Positions 9,938 through 18,959 of a stretch of 64,000 nt of DNA are shown piece after piece; position 1 is the first letter of the stretch; every line of letters starts with the position of its first letter. The notes beneath the pieces are model-generated. The model made no database searches. It had not been told where the DNA came from and worked only from the letters and a program-made list of their open reading frames with translations. The translations under genes and the position numbers were made by a program. Origin of the DNA: Sterolibacterium sp. (lineage in GTDB: Bacteria; Pseudomonadota; Gammaproteobacteria; Burkholderiales; Rhodocyclaceae); the NCBI GenBank assembly GCA_028713555.1, contig JAQTOA010000014.1, positions 20,974 to 84,973 on the forward strand, written 5' to 3'.

Positions 9938-11740
9938 ATGAGCAAGTTCACTAGCTGCAACCCTCATTGGCAGCGTTTTTTTCCATTCCAGCACTGGTGG
10001 CCGCAGGTCAATGCCAGCAGCCTGCGCGCCGACCTGCTCGCCGGACTGATCGGCGCCCTCATCGTCTTGCCGCAGGGCGTCGCTTTCGCCACCCTGGCGG
10101 GCATGCCCCCTGCGTATGGCCTATATGCGGCGATGGTGCCGGCGGTGGTCGCCGCGTTGTGGGGTTCTTCCTGGCACCTGGTATCCGGCCCGACCAATGC
10201 CATCTCGCTGGTGGTGTTTGCCACCATCAGCCACCTCGCTGAACCTGGCAGCGAGCATTACATCAGCCTGGTGCTGACATTGGCCTTCATGGTCGGCACG
10301 ATGCAGTTGATCATGGGCATGGTGAATCTCGGTACGCTGGTCAACTTCATTTCGCATACGGTGGTGACCGGCTTTACTGCGGGTGCCGCAGTACTGATCA
10401 TCGTCAGCCAGCTCAAGAACTTCTTCGGCCTGCCGATTCCACGCGGCGTCTCTTTTTTCGAAACACTGCATCAATTCGTTTTGCTCGCCGGGCAGATTCA
10501 GCCGTGGGTGGTGGTGGTCGGCGGTGTGACACTGGGGACCGGCCTGGTTATCAGGAAGTGGTGGCCGAGGTTCCCTTACATGATTGTCGCCATGCTTGCC
10601 GGCAGTTGCAGCGCCTATCTTTTCAACCAGTGGCTCGGCGCCGAAAACACCGGCATCAAGACTATCGGCGCCCTATCTGCGGCGCTGCCATCCTTGTCAT
10701 ATCCCGAGTTCAAGCTGGACACGCTGAGACACTTGCTGGGTGCCGCAGTGGCAGTCACCGTACTGGGGTTGACCGAAGCCGTGTCGATTGCCCGTTCGAT
10801 CGCCACCAAGTCCGGCCAGCGCATTGATGGCAGCCAGGAGTTCATTGGCCAAGGCCTGTCCAATGTTATCGGCAGCTTCTTTTCCGCCTATCCTTCCTCG
10901 GGCTCTTTCAATCGCTCGGGCGTGAATTACGAGGCCGGCGCAGTCACGCCGCTGGCGGCAGTGTTCTCTGCCCCGGCGCTGATCCTGATCGTACTGGCGG
11001 TGGCGCCGCTTGCCGCTTATCTGCCGAATGCGGCGATGGCCGGCATCCTGTTCCTGGTGGCGTGGGGCCTGATCGACTTTCACCATATCGCCGCCGTTGC
11101 CCGCGCCAGCCGCTCGGAAACCGCCGTGCTCGGCCTGACCTTCGTCGCCACCCTGGTGATGCACTTGGAATTCGCCATCCTGGTCGGCATCCTCTTGTCC
11201 TTGGTGCTCTACCTGAACCGCACCTCGCGACCGTCAATTCGCTCACTTTTGCCTGATGTCGATAATCCGCGCCGCAAGATGATCGCGAAAATGCCAGGGC
11301 AGGCCGAATGTCCTCAACTCAAGATTATCCGCATCGAGGGCTCGATATACTTCGGCGCGGTGAATCATGTTGAAGAGTATCTGCACGATCTTGCCGAGCA
11401 CCATTCCGAGCAGAAGCATCTGCTGCTGAGGGGCAAGCGCATAAATTTTTTGGATGTCGTCGGCGCCGAGCTTATCGCCCATGAAATCGGGCGGCGCCGC
11501 AAGATGGGAGGTGGTCTGTATTTCTACGCCCTGGGTGACGCGCCATTGCAAATGCTCGGTAATCTGGCGTTTGCGGACCAGGTCGGCGCGGTCATCAACT
11601 TTCCCAGCACTTCTCAGGCAATTTCCGCTCTGGTGGCGAAACTCGATCCGGACATCTGCGCCCATTGCAGGACGCGTATTTTTTATGAATGCCTCGCCCT
11701 GCCTTGCCCGGAAGATATGATGAGCCACCTGGACAGTTAG
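9938..11740 (+). CDS. SulP-family anion transporter with C-terminal STAS domain
   Basis: 600 aa. Begins ...LRADLLAGLIGALIVLPQGVAFATLAGMPP, with a polytopic core and a STAS-like tail (LKIIRIEGSIYFGAVNHVEEYL). Confidence 0.9.
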   Translation: MSKFTSCNPHWQRFFPFQHWWPQVNASSLRADLLAGLIGALIVLPQGVAFATLAGMPPAYGLYAAMVPAVVAALWGSSWHLVSGPTNAISLVVFATISHLAEPGSEHYISLVLTLAFMVGTMQLIMGMVNLGTLVNFISHTVVTGFTAGAAVLIIVSQLKNFFGLPIPRGVSFFETLHQFVLLAGQIQPWVVVVGGVTLGTGLVIRKWWPRFPYMIVAMLAGSCSAYLFNQWLGAENTGIKTIGALSAALPSLSYPEFKLDTLRHLLGAAVAVTVLGLTEAVSIARSIATKSGQRIDGSQEFIGQGLSNVIGSFFSAYPSSGSFNRSGVNYEAGAVTPLAAVFSAPALILIVLAVAPLAAYLPNAAMAGILFLVAWGLIDFHHIAAVARASRSETAVLGLTFVATLVMHLEFAILVGILLSLVLYLNRTSRPSIRSLLPDVDNPRRKMIAKMPGQAECPQLKIIRIEGSIYFGAVNHVEEYLHDLAEHHSEQKHLLLRGKRINFLDVVGAELIAHEIGRRRKMGGGLYFYALGDAPLQMLGNLAFADQVGAVINFPSTSQAISALVAKLDPDICAHCRTRIFYECLALPCPEDMMSHLDS

Positions 11741-11761
11741 AGCGCCAGACGGAGACACATC

Positions 11762-12643
11762 ATGAGACGGGATATCGCCTGGATCGCTATGACACTGGCG
11801 TTGTGTGCCAATACCTGCCTGGCGCTTAATTCCGATGACCTGAAGCTGATCATGCAAGGGGCGGAACGCGGCAGTGCCTCCTCGCAAATTCTGCTTGCCG
11901 TTGCCTACCTCGATGGCGATGGCGGGCTGGCGCGGGAACCGGCCAAAGCGGCATACTGGTTCGAACAGGCTGCGATCCAAGGCAACGCCTATGCCGAGGA
12001 ACGACTGGGTGATCTTTACGAGCAGGGTCTCGGCGTGTCGGCAAACCAGAAACTGGCTTTCGACTGGCGCGTCAAGGCGGCTAACCGCGGCGTCGTCCAG
12101 GCACAGCTGAAGGTCGGCAAGATGTGCCTGGAAGGGGGCGGCGTTGCCAAGGACACCGACCAGGCCATCTACTGGTTCCGGCGGGCCGCGACGGAAGGAA
12201 ACGCCGAGGCGCAATATTTGCTCGGCAAGCTCTACCATTACGGTGGCGATGTCGAGGTGGATCGTGCCGTTGCCCGCTCCTGGTTCGAGAAGGCAGCCCA
12301 ACAGGGCCATGAAGGCGCGATTCTGCTCCTGAACTTGATCGAAAGCATCGGCTACCAGATCGACGAGAGCTGGCATAATCGGTTGCCGGGACTGAAAAAA
12401 CTGGCGGACGATGGCGATCTTGAAGCCGAATACCAACTGGCACAGCGTTACGAGCACGGCATCGGCGGCGTCAAGAAAGACCCCGCGATGGCTCTTGACT
12501 GGTACCGGCGTGCCGCAACCGGAGGGCATCCGATGGCGATGAAGGCGTTGGCCCAAATATATGCAGTGGGACTGGATGGCGTGGCGCGCGACCCCGACGC
12601 TGCCGAGGCCTGGGTAGCGCGGGCGAAAGCCGCAGCGCATTGA
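11762..12643 (+). CDS. secreted Sel1-repeat (TPR-like) protein
   Basis: Signal-peptide-like N-terminus. It has repeated Sel1 units such as AxYWFxxAAxQGNAxAQxxLGxLYxxGxGV. It starts 21 nt after the SulP gene, with a GGAGA ribosome-binding site. Confidence 0.85.
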   Translation: MRRDIAWIAMTLALCANTCLALNSDDLKLIMQGAERGSASSQILLAVAYLDGDGGLAREPAKAAYWFEQAAIQGNAYAEERLGDLYEQGLGVSANQKLAFDWRVKAANRGVVQAQLKVGKMCLEGGGVAKDTDQAIYWFRRAATEGNAEAQYLLGKLYHYGGDVEVDRAVARSWFEKAAQQGHEGAILLLNLIESIGYQIDESWHNRLPGLKKLADDGDLEAEYQLAQRYEHGIGGVKKDPAMALDWYRRAATGGHPMAMKALAQIYAVGLDGVARDPDAAEAWVARAKAAAH

Positions 12644-12646
12644 ACC

Positions 12647-13333
12647 ATGGAAATGACCACCCTGTTACCGTACCTGAACGATGCACTCAGTTTCGCGCTG
12701 AGCGCGCTGCTGCTGCTCGGATATCACCTGTTCTTGAGGCGCAAGGAGCAGAGCGACCCGTCCTATACCGTGCAGGCGGTAAACCGCACTGCCCGTGCCG
12801 CCTGGGTTGAAAATGTCATGGCGGGGGGCAAGGACATCCTGGCGATCCAGACCCTGCGCAATTCGACGATGGCGGCTACCTTCCTGGCGTCGACCGCCGT
12901 GCTGCTGATCATCGGGGTGCTGACCCTGAGCAGTCAGGGCGACAAGCTGGAGGCGGCCTGGCATACCCTCAATGTTTTCGGTGCCAAGCATGCCGAACTG
13001 TGGATGGTCAAGCTGCTCATGCTGACAAGCGATCTGCTATTCGCCTTCTTCAGCTTCTCCATGTCGATCCGCATCTTCAACCATGTCGGCTACATGATTA
13101 ACGTCCCGCTATCCATGAACCACACTTCGATCACGCCAGTCCATGTGGCGGTCTATCTCAACCGGGCGGGCTGGTTCTACTGGATGGGCATGCGCGCCTA
13201 CTATTTCGTCGTGCCGCTGCTGTTCTGGCTGTTCGGTCCGCACCTGATGGTGTTTGCGACGATCGGACTGGTATACATTTTGTACCGCCTCGACCGTGCG
13301 CCAAAGATTCTTGCCGACGATTACTCCAACTGA
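12647..13333 (+). CDS. DUF599-like polytopic membrane protein
   Basis: 228 aa, 3 nt downstream of the Sel1 gene. The pattern ...AAWVENVM...ILAIQTLRNSTMAATFLASTAVLL resembles DUF599 proteins as I remember them. Confidence 0.6.
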   Translation: MEMTTLLPYLNDALSFALSALLLLGYHLFLRRKEQSDPSYTVQAVNRTARAAWVENVMAGGKDILAIQTLRNSTMAATFLASTAVLLIIGVLTLSSQGDKLEAAWHTLNVFGAKHAELWMVKLLMLTSDLLFAFFSFSMSIRIFNHVGYMINVPLSMNHTSITPVHVAVYLNRAGWFYWMGMRAYYFVVPLLFWLFGPHLMVFATIGLVYILYRLDRAPKILADDYSN

Positions 13334-13408
13334 CCCGACCGCAACGCCATAACCGCAAATCTCGTCAAGCGGTTGCTGCCGTTCCTCAGCTGGCCGCGTG
13401 TCGACTGA

Positions 13409-14137
13409 CTACAAGCTTTGTTTCTGGGTCTGGGTTTTTTGCTTCTCTTGCCATTTCTTCAAGGTGGCCACGACTATTGTATGCCCGTTATCCGAAGCCA
13501 GGAATGCAGCGGCATTTCCGTTTTTGTCGTTCACCTGAGCATTGGCGCCATGCTCCAAGAGCAACTCAACCATCGCAATCTGGTTGGTTGCTGCCGCCAG
13601 ATGTAACGGCGTGTGACCCGCCATGTTTCGCATATCGAGGTTTGCCCCCTTTTCAATCAGCGTCTGTACAGCATGCACCGCGCCAACGACGACAGCGGCA
13701 TGCAGGGGCGACATCCCGCTGAAATCCATGGCATTGATGTCGCTGCCCCGGCCTATCAGGAGATTTATGGCCTGAGGATGATTGCAGAATACGGCGGCAA
13801 ACAATGGGGTGCGTTTAAGGGAATCGGTTGCATTGATATTTGCTCCGGCTTCGATGAGCTGCTCGACCCGGGGAATGTCGCCATCTCCTGTTGCGGCAAA
13901 CAGCTTCATGTCATTTTCACCCAGTCCCTTGCCAACAAAGAAGCATTGGGCGGCTGGGTTTGTCTTGGCTTCCGCCGTCTTCAAGGAAGCTTTTGGCGAT
14001 TCCATAAAACCGTGCTCACCGCAGCCCGTCAGGAGGCCGGTTGCAATCACGATTGCCATGCCGGGGGAGGCAAGGCGAGAAAAACAGCTTTTCAGCGCTT
14101 TCGTGTGAGAGAAAGGTTCCATGTCTTCGATCCCCAA
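13409..14137 (-). CDS. ankyrin-repeat lipoprotein
   Basis: Has a lipobox LLTGC, followed by four or five ANK repeats (GANINATD..RTPLFAAV, GSDINAMD..MSPLHAAV, GANLDMRN..HTPLHLAA, GANAQVNDKNGN). Confidence 0.85.
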   Translation of the reverse strand: MGIEDMEPFSHTKALKSCFSRLASPGMAIVIATGLLTGCGEHGFMESPKASLKTAEAKTNPAAQCFFVGKGLGENDMKLFAATGDGDIPRVEQLIEAGANINATDSLKRTPLFAAVFCNHPQAINLLIGRGSDINAMDFSGMSPLHAAVVVGAVHAVQTLIEKGANLDMRNMAGHTPLHLAAATNQIAMVELLLEHGANAQVNDKNGNAAAFLASDNGHTIVVATLKKWQEKQKTQTQKQSL

Positions 14138-14192
14138 TAGAGAGACAGACAGCGAATTCTCGCCGCCTGCTCTCAGGAGAGTCCAATTCTAA

Positions 14193-14411
14193 TTACTTAT
14201 TGGTCGAAGCGCTTGCACGGGCATGCTTGTGATGGGCGTGGCCTTTTTTCTTGGTAGCCTTTCCATTGCTGGGTTTAACATCATGAGGGACCGTAGTCGC
14301 GGAAGCGCCTTGAGCCACCGGGGTAGCAGGCGTTGCGGCGGGAGCCTGGGCGAACGCGATAGCCGAGAAACCGAGCAGGGCAACCAGAAAGATACTTGTA
14401 CGCTTGTTCAT
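14193..14411 (-). CDS. small secreted Ala/Pro-rich protein with a Lys/His-rich tail (72 aa)
   Basis: The ATG at 14411 is preceded by AAGAGGAG. The signal peptide is MNKRTSIFLVALLGFSAIAFAQA and the C-terminus is KKKGHAHHKHARASASTNK. The longer 122-aa ORF is only an upstream extension. Confidence 0.6.
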   Translation of the reverse strand: MNKRTSIFLVALLGFSAIAFAQAPAATPATPVAQGASATTVPHDVKPSNGKATKKKGHAHHKHARASASTNK

Positions 14412-14659
14412 TTGAAATTCTCCTCTTACTCTTCGAGCGAAATTGCTCTTGAGACTAATAACGCAAAGAAGCGTGCCTGCGAGGACGATCTTTTTGTAAT
14501 AGTTTGTTGCCGGCATTGAATGGCATGGTTTTTCGGTAGGGGCAATCAACGGTCTTTGCATCCAAGGTGTCTATTACCGAATAGTCTGGCAGGCAACGGA
14601 ATCTCGTCGCCTCTCAGTCCGGCGGGATGGCCGGAACCGTGAAAATTCCCGATTCTTCG

Positions 14660-14899
14660 CTATGGCTTTTTCGCCACCATGCCGATGAGGGCGGATCGGC
14701 CGCGATGACCCGATCCCTCTTCGATCTCGTCTTCGTACTCCACCAGTTCATCGATCATCCAGTCGGGAAACCCGGTGCGTAGTACGTCTGGCGTGTAGAG
14801 GTTCTCCAACGCCGAGGACCCGCCCGTCTTGTACTCCAGTTGTCGGGGCGTATAACCATGAAGCAGGATATGGCCGCCGGGGCGGGTTGCCGTTTTCAT
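14660..14899 (-). pseudogene. C-terminal remnant of a class I SAM-dependent methyltransferase
   Basis: Only 79 codons: RPGGHILLHGYTPRQLEYKTGGSSALENLYTPDVLRTGFPDWMIDELVEYEDEIEEGSGHRGRSALIGMVAKKP. This matches the post-SAM-binding half of roughly 200-aa methyltransferases. No SAM-binding GxGxG part is present upstream in any frame. Confidence 0.55.
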
Positions 14900-14986
14900 G
14901 CATTCGTCCTGAGTTCTTACGGGGCTTCAAAGCATTCTACCCACCCGGATAATGTGTCCGCGGCATGGGCATTTTGCAATGATGAT

Positions 14987-15181
14987 TCAGCCTTGCTTCT
15001 TCACCCCGCAGGTATTGAAGCCGAAAATGGCGTAGGGAGGGCACCAGCCAATTGCACCGGTAACCAGAAACAGCGCGCCGATCCATGCCCATACTGGACC
15101 ACCCATAGCTGCCCAAGCTATCAGCCCCAGACCTGCAACGATGCGCAGGATACGGTCGACGCCGCCAACATTCTGTTTCAT
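14987..15181 (-). CDS. DUF2892 (YgaP-like) small membrane protein
   Basis: 64 aa. NVGGVDRILRIVAGLGLI...LVTGAIGWCPPYAIFGFNTC is the hallmark DUF2892 pattern. Confidence 0.8.
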   Translation of the reverse strand: MKQNVGGVDRILRIVAGLGLIAWAAMGGPVWAWIGALFLVTGAIGWCPPYAIFGFNTCGVKKQG

Positions 15182-15252
15182 GGAGTTCTCCTTGAGAGGC
15201 TAAGTAAAGGTGAGTGTATTGCACCTGCGGAGCAAACATTATGGAAGCAAGC

Positions 15253-17394
15253 TCAGTCGAAACGTTTCATCGGCAGCGGCCGTAGCGGGCTGGTAACCTC
15301 GTCCTGGCCGCGCGCTGCGGCGGCGGCATGGATCGCTGCCAGTGCCCGGTCGGCAGTGACGTAGAAGTTTTCTTCGCCGATGTATTCAAACAGGCCGGTG
15401 GCTTGCATGACATCCACCACCTGCTTTTTCAGGCCCGAGAAAGCCACGCTGATGCCGTTGTCGCGCAGGCGCTCGACGACACGGCGCATCACCTCTTCAC
15501 CGGAGGCATCCAGTTCATTGATGCCTTTACAGACTACCAGCAGGTAGCGCGCGCGCGGGTTCGTGGCGACGGCTTCGAGGATTACATCTTCGAAGAAGGA
15601 AACATTGGCGAAGTAGAGCCGGCCATCGAATCGCACTGCAGTGACGATGTCGGAGGCCGGCAGATTGTACAGCTTGGCGTCGCGCAGCATGCCATCTGGA
15701 TGGCGGCCGAGAATGGCCACGCGTGGGGTCATAGTGCGCAGCAGATACAGCACGACGGCCGATCCCGCTCCGATCAGGATGCCAGTGTCCAGATGCGGCG
15801 CAACCGCCAAGGTGACAACGAAGGTGACGATGGCGGCGATGCCGTCGTGCCGGCTTGCCAGCCAGGCATGCTTGATGGCGCCGAAGTTGATTAGGCCGAT
15901 TACCGACATGATGATGACGGCCGCCAACACGGACTGCGGCAGATGATAGAGCAGGGGAGTCAGGAATAGCAGGGTCAGCAGCACAAACACGCCAGTGACT
16001 ATCGAGGAAAAGCCGGTCAGCGCGCCGGCATTCAGGTTGACCGCCGAGCGCGAAAAGGAACCGGATACCGGAAAGGAGTGGCTGAAAGCCCCGACCAGGT
16101 TGGCCAGTCCTTGTCCGATCAGTTCCTGATTCGGGTCGATTCTCTGCTTGGTCTTGGCGGACATCGCCTTGGCGATTGAGATCGCTTCCATGAAGCCCAC
16201 CAGCGATATGACAATGGCAGCCGACAACAGGCTGACCAGCATATCCAGCGACAAGTGCGGCACGGCAATGGATGGCAGCCCTTCCGGCACCTTGCCTACC
16301 ACTTCACCACCATCGCTGAGGCGGAGTTCTCCCTTGCCGGCGCGTGCGATATGCCAGTGCTGACCGGTGCTTGTCGTGCCCACCGGCAACTTGCCCTCAG
16401 GGTAGAGCCGGCCGGGCTGGCCATCATTTTCGCCGACGCGTTCAAAGACGAAACTGCGGATAGCGCGATTGCGACGGCGGTTTTCCTCTTCGCGATCCTT
16501 GAGCTGTACATGCAGCAGTTCGATTTCATAGTTCAACGTGACGGCAGCGTGGGAGAGTTCGCCCCATCTCTTGCGTTGCGCCTTGAGCTCAGCCGACTTG
16601 GTGACAATCTGCAGATTGATTTCCGCGATGCGATCCTCGATGCGCACGAATTCCGTCAGCAGCGCCCGTACTTCCGGATCCATGATCTCTTCGACCTTGG
16701 CGGTGGTGCTGCGCTCGAAGCCGGTCTGCCAGGAAATAAACGTGGTCAGCACCACGGCAATCAGCACACCGGGCAACTTGGGCGCTTTTTTTCGAACCAG
16801 CCAGATGATGGCCATCGCCGCTATACCTATGGCCAGTGTCGGCCAGTGAATTTCGCCAAGCTGCTGGGCAATGTCCCAGACGTAGAAGATGAAGTTCTCG
16901 GAACGACCGATGGGCACACCGATCAGTTTGTTGACCTGGGACAGGGCGATGATGATCGCCGCCGCATTGGTAAAGCCGACAATTACCGGATGCGAAAGGA
17001 AATTAACGACGAGGCCGAGCCTGAATGCGCCCAGGGCCAACTGGATGACGCCCACCATCAGGGCCAGCGCGATGGCCAGCATCACGTATTGATCCGATCC
17101 CGGCGCGGCCAGTGGCGTCAGGCTCGCCGCCGTGAGCAGCGATGCCACCGCCACCGGCCCGGTACCGAGCTGGTTAGACGATCCCCACAGCGCACCCGCC
17201 ATCACCGGCAGGAAAGCCGCATACAGGCCGAAGTAAGCCGGCATGCCCGCCAACTGGGCGTAGGCTATCGACTGCGGTATCAGCACCAGCGCGACAGTCA
17301 GGCCGGCAATGAAGTCGGCGCGCAGCGTCGCGCTGGAATACGGCAGCCAGCGCAGGAAGGGCAGGAAGCGCAGCATCAGTGAGGAAATCTGCAT
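15253..17394 (-). CDS. SulP-family anion transporter with STAS domain and a large internal coiled-coil insertion
   Basis: The SulP core has LRADFIAGLTVALVLIPQSIAYAQLAGMP and later GKVPEGLPSIAVP...GFMEAISIAKAM. The STAS tail has VRFDGRLYFANVSFFED. About 130-140 extra residues (16297-16716) lie between the two halves. The start could be ATG 17394 or TTG 17421. Confidence 0.88.
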   Translation of the reverse strand: MQISSLMLRFLPFLRWLPYSSATLRADFIAGLTVALVLIPQSIAYAQLAGMPAYFGLYAAFLPVMAGALWGSSNQLGTGPVAVASLLTAASLTPLAAPGSDQYVMLAIALALMVGVIQLALGAFRLGLVVNFLSHPVIVGFTNAAAIIIALSQVNKLIGVPIGRSENFIFYVWDIAQQLGEIHWPTLAIGIAAMAIIWLVRKKAPKLPGVLIAVVLTTFISWQTGFERSTTAKVEEIMDPEVRALLTEFVRIEDRIAEINLQIVTKSAELKAQRKRWGELSHAAVTLNYEIELLHVQLKDREEENRRRNRAIRSFVFERVGENDGQPGRLYPEGKLPVGTTSTGQHWHIARAGKGELRLSDGGEVVGKVPEGLPSIAVPHLSLDMLVSLLSAAIVISLVGFMEAISIAKAMSAKTKQRIDPNQELIGQGLANLVGAFSHSFPVSGSFSRSAVNLNAGALTGFSSIVTGVFVLLTLLFLTPLLYHLPQSVLAAVIIMSVIGLINFGAIKHAWLASRHDGIAAIVTFVVTLAVAPHLDTGILIGAGSAVVLYLLRTMTPRVAILGRHPDGMLRDAKLYNLPASDIVTAVRFDGRLYFANVSFFEDVILEAVATNPRARYLLVVCKGINELDASGEEVMRRVVERLRDNGISVAFSGLKKQVVDVMQATGLFEYIGEENFYVTADRALAAIHAAAAARGQDEVTSPLRPLPMKRFD

Positions 17395-17557
17395 GGCCGG
17401 TATTGTCGGCGATTTCCGCAAGGCGCTGGCGTCAAATTTCTTATCCCGGAATCAGGACAACGAATCAGCAAATTGCCGGCGGATTGCGAGGGGAGAAACG
17501 CGGCCCTGCCAGATCCACCGGTTATAATTGCCTCTGTCTTGACCACAACGGCCAGCC

Positions 17558-18109
17558 ATGGGATATCGACTCTCGAAAATCTACACGCGCACCGGCGACG
17601 CAGGCACCACCGGCCTCGGTGATGGTTCGCGGACCGGCAAGAACAGCCTGCGCATCGCCGCGCTGGGCGATGTCGACGAAACCAACTCGCTGCTTGGCGT
17701 TGCGCTCTGCGAGGGATTGCCGGACGATGTGCGCGAGTTGCTGATCGGCATCCAGCACGATTTATTTGATCTCGGCGGGGAGCTCTCGATACCTGGCGCG
17801 ACGTTGCTCGGCGCCGGCCAGCCGGCGCGGCTGGAGGCGGCGATCGACCGTTACAACGACACCTTGGCGCCGCTCAAGGAATTCATCCTGCCAGGCGGCA
17901 GCCGTGCCGCGGCGCTGCTCCATCTTGCCCGCACCGTCTGCCGCCGTGCCGAGCGTAGCGTGGTGGCGCTGGCGCAGGCGGAGAGCGTGGCAGAAACCAG
18001 CCGGCATTACCTCAATCGCCTCTCCGACCTGCTCTTCGTTCTTGGTCGCCACCTCAACCGCAGCGCCGGCTGCGGGGACGTCTTGTGGCAAAAGGGCAAG
18101 AACGCCTGA
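17558..18109 (+). CDS. PduO-type ATP:cob(I)alamin adenosyltransferase
   Basis: The N-terminus KIYTRTGDAGTTGLGDGSRTGKNSLRIAALGDVDETNSLLG is diagnostic of the PduO/MMAB family. 183 aa. Confidence 0.9.
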   Translation: MGYRLSKIYTRTGDAGTTGLGDGSRTGKNSLRIAALGDVDETNSLLGVALCEGLPDDVRELLIGIQHDLFDLGGELSIPGATLLGAGQPARLEAAIDRYNDTLAPLKEFILPGGSRAAALLHLARTVCRRAERSVVALAQAESVAETSRHYLNRLSDLLFVLGRHLNRSAGCGDVLWQKGKNA

Positions 18110-18216
18110 CCCGTAGCTTGCCGGAATCACCGGGCTGGGGCGATCCCGCTTCCGGCATTGCCCGCCCCTTTGCCACCACCGTCATTGAGGGTCTGGGCAA
18201 CTATAAGTTTGACCAG

Positions 18217-18582
18217 CTATTCGTTTTTGTCCTTAGGGGAATCTTTTCCTAGGAGATATCCGGCGATTGCACCAAACAGCCCGACGATTGGGGTTAGCTG
18301 TTCATTGTTGTAGCCGACGACAAGAAGCAATGCCGAGAAGCAAAGGATGGAAATTACGCCAAAGACTCTTAGTACCTGGTTGGGGGGTGCGCTAGAGCGC
18401 CAGAGCAGAATGGCAGCCATGATCAGAGCAACACAAGAAAACCCTAAGACGCTGATAGACAGGAACTTCACCAGCTCCGCAGACCAAGGCTGCACCAACG
18501 AGGGAGGTGAAGCCTGGACTTTGTCGAATGCAAGTTGCGCCGCATTGAGAGCGGACATTGATCCCTCGGTATCTGTTGTCAT
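18217..18582 (-). CDS. hypothetical small membrane protein (about 3 TM)
   Basis: 121 aa with three hydrophobic helices. Its ATG shares one base with the stop of the upstream gene (TAATG). It lies inside the lower-G+C block. Confidence 0.6.
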   Translation of the reverse strand: MTTDTEGSMSALNAAQLAFDKVQASPPSLVQPWSAELVKFLSISVLGFSCVALIMAAILLWRSSAPPNQVLRVFGVISILCFSALLLVVGYNNEQLTPIVGLFGAIAGYLLGKDSPKDKNE

Positions 18583-18869
18583 TAGTGCAACCTCCTCTCG
18601 ATTTTTTCGATCCGCTGTTCAAATGACTCGAGCTTGCTTGACAGTGACTTTATTGCAATTGTCTGTGCGCGGAGAAGCTCTGTTAGTTCAGCGTTGGTGG
18701 GTTTTTCCCCCGTTATGGGCGGTACTACAGCGAGAGGTGGGGCTATTTTCCAGGATGGCGCTGCTATCTTCGGAGGCTCGGCTGCAGGTCGATTTATGAC
18801 GCCAGGCGCCTGCTGTGCGAAAACATTCGCAGAGGCAAGAATGCAGGCATAAGAAAGGGCAAGTTTCAT
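18582..18869 (-). CDS. hypothetical secreted Pro-rich / coiled-coil protein
   Basis: The ATG at 18869 has AAGGAGA upstream. The signal peptide is MKLALSYACILASANVFAQQ. It continues with a proline-rich middle and a heptad-like tail TELLRAQTIAIKSLSSKLESFEQRIEKIERRL. Confidence 0.6.
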   Translation of the reverse strand: MKLALSYACILASANVFAQQAPGVINRPAAEPPKIAAPSWKIAPPLAVVPPITGEKPTNAELTELLRAQTIAIKSLSSKLESFEQRIEKIERRLH

Positions 18870-18959
18870 AAGGCGATCTCCTTTAATCGGCTCAACGTTC
18901 GAAACCGCCGCCATGCGCGGCTTTCCGATCTGGGTGGCGGTTTGACGGGTTAGGCATGG

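Noticed and set aside
13345-13358. The 14-mer cgccataaccgcaa is shared between two convergent intergenic regions (13345-13358 and 26315-26328), which could indicate a REP-like element.
   Set aside because: Several identical 14-mers are expected by chance in 64 kb (about 2e9 position pairs against 2.7e8 possible 14-mers). The flanks do not extend the similarity or form a common hairpin.
17422-17557. A cobalamin riboswitch upstream of the PduO-type adenosyltransferase gene, and a Moco riboswitch upstream of the tup-like and mop genes (30364-30429, 33138-33168).
   Set aside because: The leaders are too short (136, about 66 and 31 nt) and lack the conserved cores I know, such as the B12 box. A TATAAT at 17523-17528 has no acceptable -35 box.
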